Below, one piece after another: positions 1 to 9,480 of a DNA stretch of 64,000 nucleotides. The stretch spans positions 391,698-455,697 of the forward strand of contig CAYGLK010000001.1 of assembly GCA_964350985.1 (NCBI GenBank). Direction: 5' to 3'. The notes beneath the pieces were generated by a model. It ran no database searches, was not told the DNA's origin, and saw nothing but the letters and a program-made list of their open reading frames with translations. The first letter of the stretch is position 1, and each line of letters starts with the position of its first letter. The DNA comes from an uncultured Candidatus Saccharibacteria bacterium. GTDB lineage: Bacteria; Patescibacteriota; Minisyncoccia; Phycocordibacterales; UBA918. Both the position numbers and the translations under genes were made by a program.

Positions 1-767
1 CCGATATAAACCTTATCTTCAGGAAAATCTTCTAAAGCTAGCTCAAGAACCTTCTCAACCCAGTCAGTATCAGCTACTGGCATGTACGGAACACCTGCTC
101 GCACCGAATTTAACTTCAAGTCAGCTCGTTGCTGGTCATAAGCCATAATCTCAATTCTGTCACAATGACGGCCAATTTCTTTGTAATCATTAGCATACTC
201 AAGAACTGCCGGTACTACTTTAAAGCGTGAGTCAGCTGGTGTTCTGGCTTCAATTGCACAAGTTAACAGTTTTCTACCCAGTTTTTTATCTAGTTCTTTT
301 AAAAATAATGAGAAGTAGTCTTTAGTCTCTGCTTTTTTTTGTTCGTAATCAATATTAATACCATCAAACTTTCCTTTCCTTACAAGATCATAGATTTCAT
401 CAATATGAGCCTCTCTTTTCTTTGAATTACTTAAAATCTCATGTATCTGAGCGCCATCAAACCAAGCAATAGTTGGAATTACTGTTACGTCTTCTCTCTT
501 AGCCAACCTAAAAAATTTAGTCCAGGCAGAACTTTTTATATTAGTCTTGGCAATAATAGCTCCAGAAGCATTAACTTCATAAACAAATGGATAGACAGTA
601 TCTAGTTTTTCAATGTTTTTTGTGGCGCTCTTGATACCTGCTTCGTCCTGCCACCACGGTATCCAACCTGAAAGTTGCAGATTAGCAGCGATAGCTGAAT
701 TAGGCAGCACAAAAATACTAACTGCAAAAAAGCCAAAAATAATACTGTTTATTGTTTTTCTATCCAT
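1..767 (-). CDS. Glycoside hydrolase family 18 (chitinase-like) protein, secreted; partial (C-terminus beyond window start)
   Basis: Hand translation of minus strand from ATG at 767 gives a signal peptide ([28 protein letters not shown]) then GWIPWW and DGINIDYE (GH18 DxxDxDxE catalytic motif); no stop before position 1; absent from ORF track because truncated by window edge. Confidence 0.7.
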   Translation of the reverse strand, partial: MDRKTINSIIFGFFAVSIFVLPNSAIAANLQLSGWIPWWQDEAGIKSATKNIEKLDTVYPFVYEVNASGAIIAKTNIKSSAWTKFFRLAKREDVTVIPTIAWFDGAQIHEILSNSKKREAHIDEIYDLVRKGKFDGINIDYEQKKAETKDYFSLFLKELDKKLGRKLLTCAIEARTPADSRFKVVPAVLEYANDYKEIGRHCDRIEIMAYDQQRADLKLNSVRAGVPYMPVADTDWVEKVLELALEDFPEDKVYI

Positions 768-819
768 AATATATAACTAAATGTAACTTTGATGACGTCA
801 GTGGACACTTACTCTTACA

Positions 820-1269
820 CTAAAATACCCTAGCTAACCCAACAACAACTCCCCAGATAAAGCAGTCCTCGTTATCATTGATTGATATAGGCTTATAGCC
901 CTCTTGTTCTGAAACTAAAAGTGTTTGTCCATTCTTAATAGAGAGTCTTTTAACCACCATTTCTCCGTACACAGCTGCCACTACAATTTGACCGTCTTTA
1001 ATCTCAATCGAACGATCAACTACTAAAACATCACCAGAAAAAATCTTCGCCCCTTCCATTGAATCCCCTTCCACCTTCACAAAAAAAGTAGCACTTGGGT
1101 TATCTATCAACAGGTCATTAAGGTCTAAAGCCTTTTCAACCAAGTCATCTCCTGGCGCTGGAAAACCGGCAGCTGGTCTTGATGAGTATAGATCAAACGT
1201 CGACTTACTACCCTCTTTAGCTGGTATGATTTTTGTTATTTTTAAAGCTGATTTTGACATATTAGACAA
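820..1269 (-). CDS. S24 peptidase of LexA/UmuD family lacking an N-terminal DNA-binding domain (UmuD-like)
   Basis: 149 aa; AGFPAP cleavage-site region, GDSM catalytic Ser motif and downstream KRL Lys; the sequence can be aligned along essentially its whole length to E. coli UmuD by eye (same length class, same motif order); 8-nt overlap with upstream ORF. Confidence 0.75.
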   Translation of the reverse strand: MSNMSKSALKITKIIPAKEGSKSTFDLYSSRPAAGFPAPGDDLVEKALDLNDLLIDNPSATFFVKVEGDSMEGAKIFSGDVLVVDRSIEIKDGQIVVAAVYGEMVVKRLSIKNGQTLLVSEQEGYKPISINDNEDCFIWGVVVGLARVF

Positions 1270-2362
1270 TCAAAACTCCCCCCGTTACTAAGCTGTGTAC
1301 ATAGAACAACCCTACCATCAAAAGTAACAGAGCCGCTCCATAACCTACCTCAACTATCCTATGCTTTCTTAGGCCGTTTATGACTGAAGCCCAGAGAGCC
1401 AGTATTACTAAAGCACCCATAAATATATACAGGTATCTAAGTAAGTTATTAGGCTGAGTTACCAGACTTAAGTCAGTTGCAGAATTATTTTGTTTATTCT
1501 CAATTTGAGAAATAACTGGAAGTAAGCCTGAGGATGTGGCGACAGGACTAGAAAATAGAAAAGCTGGTTTTTTATTATTGGTTTCGGTCGTGCGTGCAAC
1601 TTGTGCTTCTTCTGGCGCTGTTTCTTCAACCAACTCTATAGCAATCTCAGGTGATATAACTTCTGTCTCCACCCCCAAGACTTCAGCTACTGACAACTCT
1701 ACCTCTTCACTGGTTGTAGCTTGGGCCAAACTAACCGCCACTACTTCACTTACGCTTGGAGTAGCTAATACTTCCGAATCATTAGTTTCTGGCAACGGAA
1801 TAGCTGGTGTACCAAACAACTGCACTACAAAGACAGTATCATGACCCTGATAACGCCCTTTAGCAGTTCCAATACCTATTTCCTGGTAACTTTTATTAAC
1901 AATATTTGCTCTGTGCGTTGGTGAGTTCATCCAAGCATCGACTACGTCATCAGAATCACTGAAGTAGACCGCTAAATTTTCTCCAGCATGGGCATAGACA
2001 TAGTTAACTTCATCAAACCAATGCCAAGGAGTGACACCATCTGGACTATCATGAGAAAAGTATTCTAAAGAAGCCATATGAGCTGCTTTTAAATTTGCGG
2101 CTTGATCTAAGACACTACTTCTTACCAAAGGTTGCTCCGCTAGATCTTCTCTTTCTTGGTTAGTTAGTTGCACTACTACCGCTGGTAAAATTGCGCCTAC
2201 TAACCAATCTGAGTTTTGCCATAGTAACGCTTGAAAGTTTGCTAAGACAAAAGAAAGCAACACCAAGAATCCCATTCCTAGAATTGCTCCTTTTTGCAAC
2301 AAAGAAGGTTGGTAGTCATTGTCACTATGTGGCAACCAAGAGTCACGTAAAATTTTCTTCAT
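1262..2362 (-). CDS. CAP/SCP/PR-1 domain protein with C-terminal transmembrane anchor
   Basis: HAGENLA....WMNSPTHRANI resembles CAP (cysteine-rich secretory protein) signature; N-terminal and C-terminal hydrophobic segments. Confidence 0.6.
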   Translation of the reverse strand: MKKILRDSWLPHSDNDYQPSLLQKGAILGMGFLVLLSFVLANFQALLWQNSDWLVGAILPAVVVQLTNQEREDLAEQPLVRSSVLDQAANLKAAHMASLEYFSHDSPDGVTPWHWFDEVNYVYAHAGENLAVYFSDSDDVVDAWMNSPTHRANIVNKSYQEIGIGTAKGRYQGHDTVFVVQLFGTPAIPLPETNDSEVLATPSVSEVVAVSLAQATTSEEVELSVAEVLGVETEVISPEIAIELVEETAPEEAQVARTTETNNKKPAFLFSSPVATSSGLLPVISQIENKQNNSATDLSLVTQPNNLLRYLYIFMGALVILALWASVINGLRKHRIVEVGYGAALLLLMVGLFYVHSLVTGGVLIV

Positions 2363-2444
2363 TTCTTAATAAGTATACAACATCAAACAAAGACCGCGAC
2401 CTTCGGTCGCGGTCTTTGTTTCCCCAAAACTTAAGGCTGATTTC

Positions 2445-4130
2445 TTAAAGATCAGGAGTCAAATCAGGGTAAGTCTCACTTCCTGGACAAACAATGTTGT
2501 TTATTTTCCATCTTGTAGTTTTGTAGACGTAACCAGTTGGTTCTTCTAAGTCCCAAGGTTCAAGCACATCTAAGGCATGCTCTGCTTGAAACAATCGCAC
2601 ATTAGCCTCTGTTGCATCATCGAAGATTCCAGTTACTGGAGTAAAGAAACCTTGTCCAGCAAGGAAATATTGGAGCTTCATTACTTCCCTGGCGTAAGTC
2701 ACCATATCAGCCCGCATATAGTCATACAAATATGGTTCACAAACAGGCGTTCCTGATACACTTCCGTTACTAGTACTAGCGCCTAATACTTGCCCAGATG
2801 GAGCATTGCGGAAACCAACCTTTGTTCCAGTCGACCTACTACTAGATTGTTCTTCTTCCGGCTCTGGTTCTGGTTCAGTATCATCATTTCGCTGATTACC
2901 AAAATCACAAGAGTAATTACCAAAAGGCTCAGCCGTAGCAAAAGTTACAAAATCTCCTCCTACTGCAGGAAAATCTAGAGAATTAACTTGAAGTAGATTT
3001 TGATTGAAAATAGGTTCTTCTATCACAAAGGCACACTCAGGTGTCTGCTGATCTACAGTTACAGATTCTCCATTTTCCCTTAATCCAGTTGGTGTCCAGC
3101 CTTCTTGATTTATTTCAGTAACTGTCCAATTACCTGGACCTACATTGAACGAATAATAACCGAACTCATCTGTAGTTACACGATCTACTTCTCCATCGCT
3201 ATTGCTTAAAACAATCTCCCAATCAGCTAGCCGTGCTTCGTCTTCATCAAAAAATCCGTCGCCATCAACATCTTCCCACTTAGTACCGTAGATTTGATCA
3301 AGATATGGTGTACTAGAGCTTTCAATCACAAATGTACGCCCGCTCTCTATACTGCTCTCTTCTGCATTATCAAATACCCGGAGAGAGAAACAGTAGTTTC
3401 CAGACGTAAACTGAGTTGTATCCACAAATGCACTGAAGCTTCCTTCAGTGAAATCGAAAGGGTCTGTTAAATCATCAACATTTCCAACAAGTGCTCCAGT
3501 ACTTGAGTCACAGGTGCCTTCATAGATTTCCCACGCAGCATTATCTTCATTATCATCGTTATCTATGTATTCTGCTGTAAATTCATACTGTCCATAAACT
3601 GTATCGTAATTATTTTCTGGTTCGATAATTTTAAGCGTAGCTTCTCTAAGATCTCCGGTGACAGACAGATTACTGAGGTAAACAGAATCTGAAGCTGGAT
3701 TGTCATTATCTGTGACTTTTATATATATCATCAAGTCTGCCACTTGAGCATTTTCCGGTAAGGATGTTAAGACGGAGTCAATTTCATCCTCATTCGTAGG
3801 GGGTGCATTAGGGTCAGTAGACTCATCTGTGCCCGGGATAGTATTAATATCATTATCTCCGCTAATAGTTCGCCAACCATAAGTAAAGCTATCGGTATCA
3901 TCCAACTCTTCAGCATCGTAATCAAAAATTAGAAGTAGATTTTCGTAATATAGAGCGTTGATGCTTGTTGAAACAAATTCATTATTTTGATCAGCAGAAG
4001 CTGAAGACTGACTATAGATAGTATCTGCCGCAGCCAAACTTACTCCTGTAAGTAAAAATACGAAGAAAACTCCAGAGATCAGAGCAATGAACTCTTTCTG
4101 CTTAAAACTTAAAATAAAATCCATAAACAA
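2445..4130 (-). CDS. Secreted cell-surface protein with SdrD-B/Cna-B-like fold segment and C-terminal peptidoglycan-binding-like domain
   Basis: Signal peptide; WEDVDGDGFFDEDE...GYYSF motif typical of SdrD B-like repeats; C-terminal LQYFLAGQGFF..G.FDDAT..AV..FQ resembles PG_binding_1. Confidence 0.5.
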   Translation of the reverse strand: MFMDFILSFKQKEFIALISGVFFVFLLTGVSLAAADTIYSQSSASADQNNEFVSTSINALYYENLLLIFDYDAEELDDTDSFTYGWRTISGDNDINTIPGTDESTDPNAPPTNEDEIDSVLTSLPENAQVADLMIYIKVTDNDNPASDSVYLSNLSVTGDLREATLKIIEPENNYDTVYGQYEFTAEYIDNDDNEDNAAWEIYEGTCDSSTGALVGNVDDLTDPFDFTEGSFSAFVDTTQFTSGNYCFSLRVFDNAEESSIESGRTFVIESSSTPYLDQIYGTKWEDVDGDGFFDEDEARLADWEIVLSNSDGEVDRVTTDEFGYYSFNVGPGNWTVTEINQEGWTPTGLRENGESVTVDQQTPECAFVIEEPIFNQNLLQVNSLDFPAVGGDFVTFATAEPFGNYSCDFGNQRNDDTEPEPEPEEEQSSSRSTGTKVGFRNAPSGQVLGASTSNGSVSGTPVCEPYLYDYMRADMVTYAREVMKLQYFLAGQGFFTPVTGIFDDATEANVRLFQAEHALDVLEPWDLEEPTGYVYKTTRWKINNIVCPGSETYPDLTPDL

Positions 4131-4224
4131 TTGATTATTTACTAAAAACCCACAACTTAAGCCTGACCCAAGGATACAAGGCTTTATTTACCTCAAGATT
4201 ACTCTAAATACCTGTAATTGCAAG

Positions 4225-5118
4225 TTAGAATCTGTCCGGTGGGGCAAATTTTTTAATGACCTTCAGATCATCGCACACCTCTAATTTATCATTCTGACGC
4301 AGTGGGTCACGAAGCCGGTCTTTAAAGTTAGCTAATTTATTCTTTATATCACCACGAAGTATACGAAGCTCTTGCCTAGAATATTCATATTCATAAACCC
4401 AAGGAAAGACAGCACAAGCATGAAAGTTTTTATCACCTTTCATCACCTCTCCCAATAACCGCACCTGATTTCCCAAACTTAAAAGTTCCAGGTCTTTAAG
4501 ACTAAGAGAGCTAATGTCAGTTTTCCAAACATCGCCTGTAATATCCTCAAATCTAATTACTTCCAAAAATACTTTTTCTACCCTACTCTCCTTAGAACTT
4601 CCCACCAATCTTCCAGCTTCCGGATTTTGCCAAAAACGTAATTCAAATTTTTCCCGAGAAGGATAACTTGAGGCCATCTTACCTAATTCTTTATCTAAGA
4701 CAAAACCAAGTCCAAAGAAATGAAATATGCCACCAGTGACAACACTTAGAAGTAAAGTACCGCCTAAGATCTTCCACAACGCATAGCGATATCCATGTTT
4801 TGTATGTCTAACGTTAAAAATAGCTAGGAAAACTACCAAACCGAAAATAATCAGCCATAGATATGGCAGTATATCGAACAAGAACATTAAGAAAGATTGG
4901 TGAGTTGCTTCGTATAGAGCATAATTACCATAGATTAAAGCCGAGAAGGTCACTGCCAAAGCAATAGCACTTATTAAAACCAAGAAACCAAGAAAGACCC
5001 AGACAATTAGCTCACGACAGGTAAACACCCAGCGAGACTTCGGAGACATGGATTCCCCTTCAATTTTTTGCAAAATTTGATCTTTCAATTCTTGATTCTG
5101 ATTTGGTAGCTGTTCCAT
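4225..5118 (-). CDS. Membrane protein, possible anti-sigma factor partner of upstream ECF sigma
   Basis: Multiple TM helices; immediately downstream (4 nt) of the ECF sigma gene on the same strand. Confidence 0.35.
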   Translation of the reverse strand: MEQLPNQNQELKDQILQKIEGESMSPKSRWVFTCRELIVWVFLGFLVLISAIALAVTFSALIYGNYALYEATHQSFLMFLFDILPYLWLIIFGLVVFLAIFNVRHTKHGYRYALWKILGGTLLLSVVTGGIFHFFGLGFVLDKELGKMASSYPSREKFELRFWQNPEAGRLVGSSKESRVEKVFLEVIRFEDITGDVWKTDISSLSLKDLELLSLGNQVRLLGEVMKGDKNFHACAVFPWVYEYEYSRQELRILRGDIKNKLANFKDRLRDPLRQNDKLEVCDDLKVIKKFAPPDRF

Positions 5119-5122
5119 ATTG

Positions 5123-5704
5123 TTATATACGCAAATTTGTGGAATTTAGGACATTGTATAACTGTTTTTTACCTCTGGAAACCAAAGTTCCAACTGAACC
5201 GGTTGGTATTTTCAAAATATCAGAGATTTCTTGATAATCTTTCTCTTCAAAATAACGCAAAATAATCACTTCGCGATATTTCTTATCAATTTTTTCCAGA
5301 GCTTGTGCTAGCTCATCAGCGTTTATTTGTCTGTCAAAAAGTACTTCTGCATCGTCTTCTTTGGCTGACATTAACTTTAGCGCTTCGTCACTATCTAAAA
5401 GCAAATGACCTTCCGGTCTGACTTTTTGCTTCCGATACCAGCTAATCGTCTCATTGTGAGCAATACGATAGATCCAAGAAGAAAATGATAAGGAGGTATC
5501 AAAGCTATTGAGATTTTTGTATGCTTTGATAAAGATCTCCTGCATCACGTCTTGCTGATCCTCTGCGTTACTTAGCCCTAACCTAAATATATAGCGTTTT
5601 AGCTTCGCTTCATAACGTTCAATTAAAAACCCAAAAGCACTGTGGTCCTTGAGGGTTAAGCTGACAATCTCAGAATCAGATAATTTATTGATTTCAGGAT
5701 CCAT
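5123..5704 (-). CDS. ECF-type RNA polymerase sigma-70 family factor
   Basis: Sigma70 region 2 (DVMQEIFIKAYKNL..F..W) and region 4 (YREVIILRYFEEKDYQEISDILKIPTGSVGTLVSRGKKQL) motifs. Confidence 0.75.
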   Translation of the reverse strand: MDPEINKLSDSEIVSLTLKDHSAFGFLIERYEAKLKRYIFRLGLSNAEDQQDVMQEIFIKAYKNLNSFDTSLSFSSWIYRIAHNETISWYRKQKVRPEGHLLLDSDEALKLMSAKEDDAEVLFDRQINADELAQALEKIDKKYREVIILRYFEEKDYQEISDILKIPTGSVGTLVSRGKKQLYNVLNSTNLRI

Positions 5705-5766
5705 ACTGCTTTTTATATTCTACCAGCAACTTGAGCAAGCTCATACATTCGTAGTACAATCTGCAT

Positions 5767-6267
5767 ATGAAAAAAATATTATTTTTGAGCCTATTGTCAC
5801 TTTGTATTCTAGTTTCTAGTAACAGCGCCGAAGCCTATAGTGCCAGCAACCAAAAAGCCGTTCGTTTAAGCCCAGAATTCAGTTTATTTACAATTACTTA
5901 TACGTCTAAATTTCTAAATCGTGACGCCTACCTGCCAGTAGCGGCAGAACGTGGCTTAGACAATGAAAACCGAAAGCCAATTGTTGGTTTCGAACTTATC
6001 ACTGATGGTGGTCTACGAATTAAAGACGGAACAGCTTACGCTATTGTTTTAAGTTCTGCTTCTGTTAAAGAAAAAATGTATTTTACTGAAGAGAACGAAG
6101 CTGGTTCTTATACATTAGTTGTTTTATATAAGCATGCTGCTGACCGTAATGACACAGCCCTACAAATCACTTCCCTACCTTTTATCTTTGAAAAAGACGA
6201 TAAAAGAACAAGCACTAAACTCAACGAACACGAACTTGTTGATTACCGTACTGAGGCGTTAAACTAA
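5767..6267 (+). CDS. Secreted hypothetical protein
   Basis: Signal peptide MKKILFLSLLSLCILVSSNSAEA; no recognisable domain. Confidence 0.4.
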   Translation: MKKILFLSLLSLCILVSSNSAEAYSASNQKAVRLSPEFSLFTITYTSKFLNRDAYLPVAAERGLDNENRKPIVGFELITDGGLRIKDGTAYAIVLSSASVKEKMYFTEENEAGSYTLVVLYKHAADRNDTALQITSLPFIFEKDDKRTSTKLNEHELVDYRTEALN

Positions 6268-6309
6268 AATCCCTGAAGCACAAAAAATACCCTTGATAAA
6301 GGGTATTTT

Positions 6310-7047
6310 TTGTGCTATAATCAAAGATATATGTCTGAATTCCCAATGCGGATCAATAAATACATCGCCGAACAAAAAATCGCTTCACGTCGTGAAGCGG
6401 ATGTTTTAATTGCTGCTAAAAAGGTACGTGTTAACGGCAAAATAGCTGTTATTGGCCAAACTATCAATGAAGGTGACCAAGTAGAAGTCAAAGGTGCTAC
6501 TAAGAAATACGTATACTTAGCCTATTACAAAGGCCGAGGTATCATCACTCACTCCCCAACCAATGGTGAGATCGATATTGTTACTCGCCTACAAAAAGAC
6601 TATGGTCTGAAAGATCTCTCACCGGTTGGACGTTTAGACAAAGACTCTGAGGGTTTAATCATCATCAGTAACGACGGTCGGATTACTGGACCTCTTTGTG
6701 ACCCTGAAGCCAAGCACGAAAAAGAATACGAAGTAACTGTCAATAAACCAATCACGAGCATCTTTACCAAAATGATGGCACTAGGTGTAGACATAGAGGG
6801 CTACCGCACCAAACCAGCGCAAGTCAAAACGATTCCCAGAAGTGACAAACGATTTCTACTTACACTAACTGAAGGTAAGAAGCACCAGATCAGACGCATG
6901 TGCGCTGCTCTAGGTTACCAAGTACAATCGCTCAAACGAGTACGGATCATGAGTGTAGAACTAGGAACTCTAAAACCAAATCAATATCGAAAGATAAACG
7001 GTAATGATTTAAAAACCTTCTTAAAAGATTTAGATATTACATCTTAA
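6310..7047 (+). CDS. rRNA pseudouridine synthase (RsuA/RluB family); true start probably 6331 (MSEFPMRINKY)
   Basis: N-terminal S4 domain (RINKYIAEQKIASRREADVLI) and catalytic GRLDKDSEGLIIISNDG motif. Confidence 0.8.
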   Translation: MCYNQRYMSEFPMRINKYIAEQKIASRREADVLIAAKKVRVNGKIAVIGQTINEGDQVEVKGATKKYVYLAYYKGRGIITHSPTNGEIDIVTRLQKDYGLKDLSPVGRLDKDSEGLIIISNDGRITGPLCDPEAKHEKEYEVTVNKPITSIFTKMMALGVDIEGYRTKPAQVKTIPRSDKRFLLTLTEGKKHQIRRMCAALGYQVQSLKRVRIMSVELGTLKPNQYRKINGNDLKTFLKDLDITS

Positions 7048-7056
7048 ATATAAAAC

Positions 7057-7090
7057 AAAACCTTTGAGTCGACTCAAAGGTTTTGTTTTA
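7057..7090 (+). terminator. Rho-independent terminator after pseudouridine synthase gene
   Basis: aacctttgagtc/gactcaaaggtt hairpin followed by TTTTGTTTT. Confidence 0.6.
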
Positions 7091-7098
7091 ATTTTTTA

Positions 7099-7177
7099 TC
7101 TATCATGCATGATAGATAAAACTGAGGTCATATCATGCATGATATGAAGACTTAGATCGTATCATGTATGATACGAT
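7099..7177. repeat. Three phased palindromes sharing core ATCATGCATGAT (7099-7116, 7128-7147, 7156-7177; ~30-bp spacing)
   Basis: Read directly: tctatcatgcatgataga, tcatatcatgcatgatatga (perfect palindromes), atcgtatcatgtatgatacgat (imperfect centre); followed by further palindromes (atatcaaggttcgaccttgatat at ~7219-7241). Confidence 0.6.
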
Positions 7178-7284
7178 TAATTAATCGTTACAATTAAAGA
7201 GTCTGTCTCCTGTCTCCATATCAAGGTTCGACCTTGATATGACCTTGATGTAATAGAGTTTGCGTAGGGTTCTCCTTTGTAACA

Positions 7285-7316
7285 AAAAAGACGCGGCCGA
7301 AGACCGCGTCTTTTTT
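7285..7316 (-). terminator. Rho-independent terminator of typA
   Basis: gacgcggccgaagaccgcgtc hairpin flanked by A/T runs directly after the typA stop. Confidence 0.6.
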
Positions 7317-7331
7317 ATGTAATTAGTTTAA

Positions 7332-9113
7332 TTACTTCTTTCTTTCACTTTCCTTCAGCTTTGATTTTCGGAGACGAACGTTATGTGGCGTCACTTCTAG
7401 ATATTCGTCACCTGAAATGATTTCTAGACCAACTTCGATTGAAATAATTCGAGGATTGATTAGATTGATCGCTTCATCTGTTCCAGCAGAACGCATGTTT
7501 GTCAGCTGCTTTCCTTTAGTTGGATTTACAGTCATTTCTTCACCCTTACTAGTGTTTCCGATAACCATACCCTCGTAAACTTCTGTTCCAGCTGAGATAT
7601 ATAGCTGTCCACGGTCTTGGAGGCCATAAAGGGCAAAGCCAAGCGCTTTTCCTTGAACCATTGAAATCATAGATCCTACTTGTCGTTTCTTGATTTCTCC
7701 AGCATATGGTTGGAATCCTAATACTCGTGAAGCTAAGATACCTTCTCCCTTTGTATCAACGATAAATTGGTTCTTGTAGCCAAGCAGACCTCGTGTCGGT
7801 CCTTCGAAAAGAAGTCGAACCTGGTTTTCATGCATAATCATATTAGACATTATGAAGGCTCGGTTACCAAGACGTTCAATTACTGCTCCTTGGAATTCAG
7901 ATGGAATATCAATAGTCACTTCTTCAAACGGTTCCATTTTCTGTCCGTTTTCTTCTTTGATAATTACTTGTGGTTGAGATACAGAAAGCTCGTAACCTTC
8001 TCGACGCATGTTTTCAAGCAAGATAGCGATGTGCATTTCTCCACGACCTCGTACTTCATAAGAATCACCTTGTGAGAAGTCTACTTGCAAACCAACGTTG
8101 ATTTCAAGTTCTTTTTCAAGTCTTTCACGGATTTGACGTGAAGTAACATACTTTCCTTCTCGTCCAGCAAACGGTGAGGAGTTAGGCATGAACTGAAGTG
8201 CGATTGTTGGCTCATCTACAGCAATAGTTGGCAACGGCTCTGCAGTTTCGTCATCAGTTAGGGTATCTCCAATATTGATCTCTGAAAATCCAGCAATCAT
8301 CACAATATCTCCAGCAAAAGCTTCTGGTGTCTCTTGTTTCTGGATACCTTTGAAAGTAGACAGCTTTACAATTTTTCCTTTATTTATATTTGTCACTCCT
8401 TCGTGCTTAACAAACAGAGATTGATTAGCCTTCATCGAACCTTCATAGATTCGAGCTACAGCTAAACGACCAAGGAAGTTGTCGTACCCAAGGTTAAATA
8501 CTTGAGCTCGTAGTTTTTCTCCAGGAACATATTCACGGGCTGCTGGTACTTTTTCTAAAATAACATCAAGTAGTGGCGACAGGTCTTTTAGTTCATCATC
8601 CATCTTTCGTTTTGCTACACCATTTCTACCGATAGCATATACCACTGTGAAGTCTGATTGTTCATCGTTTGCCCCAAGTTCTAGGAAGAGTTCTAGTACT
8701 TGTTCTTCAGTTCGAGCTGGATCAGCTGCTGGCTTATCGATCTTGTTGATCACTACAATTGGCTTTAAACCGAGTTCTAGTGACTTTTTTAGTACAAACC
8801 GTGTCTGAGGCATTGGACCTTCTTGAGCGTCCACCACCAAGAGTACAGAGTCAATAGAACGTAGTACACGTTCTACTTCAGAACCGAAGTCGGCGTGACC
8901 AGGAGTATCAACAATGTTGATCTTTGTACCTTTGTATTCAACTGAGGTATTTTTGGCATAAATCGTAATACCACGCTCTTGTTCTAGAGCGTTACTATCC
9001 ATTGAAGTTGAACCATCACGAGCGCCAGTTTGCTCCATCAGAGCATCAGTAAGAGTGGTCTTACCATGGTCCACGTGAGCAATAATAGCGATATTACGAA
9101 TTTCCTTTGACAT
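7332..9113 (-). CDS. typA: GTP-binding protein TypA/BipA
   Basis: AIIAHVDHGKTTL G1 motif, DTPGHADF, NKIDK; 593 aa full length translational GTPase with BipA-type C-terminus. Confidence 0.9.
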   Translation of the reverse strand: MSKEIRNIAIIAHVDHGKTTLTDALMEQTGARDGSTSMDSNALEQERGITIYAKNTSVEYKGTKINIVDTPGHADFGSEVERVLRSIDSVLLVVDAQEGPMPQTRFVLKKSLELGLKPIVVINKIDKPAADPARTEEQVLELFLELGANDEQSDFTVVYAIGRNGVAKRKMDDELKDLSPLLDVILEKVPAAREYVPGEKLRAQVFNLGYDNFLGRLAVARIYEGSMKANQSLFVKHEGVTNINKGKIVKLSTFKGIQKQETPEAFAGDIVMIAGFSEINIGDTLTDDETAEPLPTIAVDEPTIALQFMPNSSPFAGREGKYVTSRQIRERLEKELEINVGLQVDFSQGDSYEVRGRGEMHIAILLENMRREGYELSVSQPQVIIKEENGQKMEPFEEVTIDIPSEFQGAVIERLGNRAFIMSNMIMHENQVRLLFEGPTRGLLGYKNQFIVDTKGEGILASRVLGFQPYAGEIKKRQVGSMISMVQGKALGFALYGLQDRGQLYISAGTEVYEGMVIGNTSKGEEMTVNPTKGKQLTNMRSAGTDEAINLINPRIISIEVGLEIISGDEYLEVTPHNVRLRKSKLKESERKK

Positions 9114-9216
9114 ACCTAAATTGTTAAATTATTAAACCTCGCTTCTGAAAACGAGAAGAGCGCGCAAATAAGAAACCAGCGCGCCCAGAATCGTTGCTAT
9201 CATACCGATAAATGGT

Positions 9217-9477
9217 CTATTTGTCCATGCTTTTGATTAGAGACAACTTTGTTTGTCTAGGCAACTTACGTAATACTGCTTCCCTTCTAAAAGCCTCAAT
9301 TTTTGTCAGATCCTTTTCTTGATAAGCTAAAACCACAGGTCTTCTGGCTTTGGTGTACTTTGCACCAGTCGGAGCTGTATTATGGGCATGTAATCTCTTC
9401 TTAATATTGTTCGTGACACCAGTGTAGAGAGTATCGTCAGAACATCTAAGCATATAGACGGACCATTCTTTTTCCAT
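9217..9477 (-). CDS. GIY-YIG nuclease superfamily protein (UPF0213/YhbQ-like)
   Basis: WSVYMLRCSDDTLYTGVTNNIKKRLHAHN matches GIY-YIG motif. Confidence 0.75.
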   Translation of the reverse strand: MEKEWSVYMLRCSDDTLYTGVTNNIKKRLHAHNTAPTGAKYTKARRPVVLAYQEKDLTKIEAFRREAVLRKLPRQTKLSLIKSMDK

Positions 9478-9480
9478 AGA

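Noticed and set aside
1536-1844. Plus-strand 102-aa ORF inside the CAP-domain gene
   Set aside because: Antisense to a well-supported gene; Ser/Thr-rich low-complexity translation. The same reasoning rejects antisense ORFs 21582-22094 (in groEL), 45150-45464, 46187-46956 (in the ABC exporter), 7767-8075 (in typA) and others in the track.
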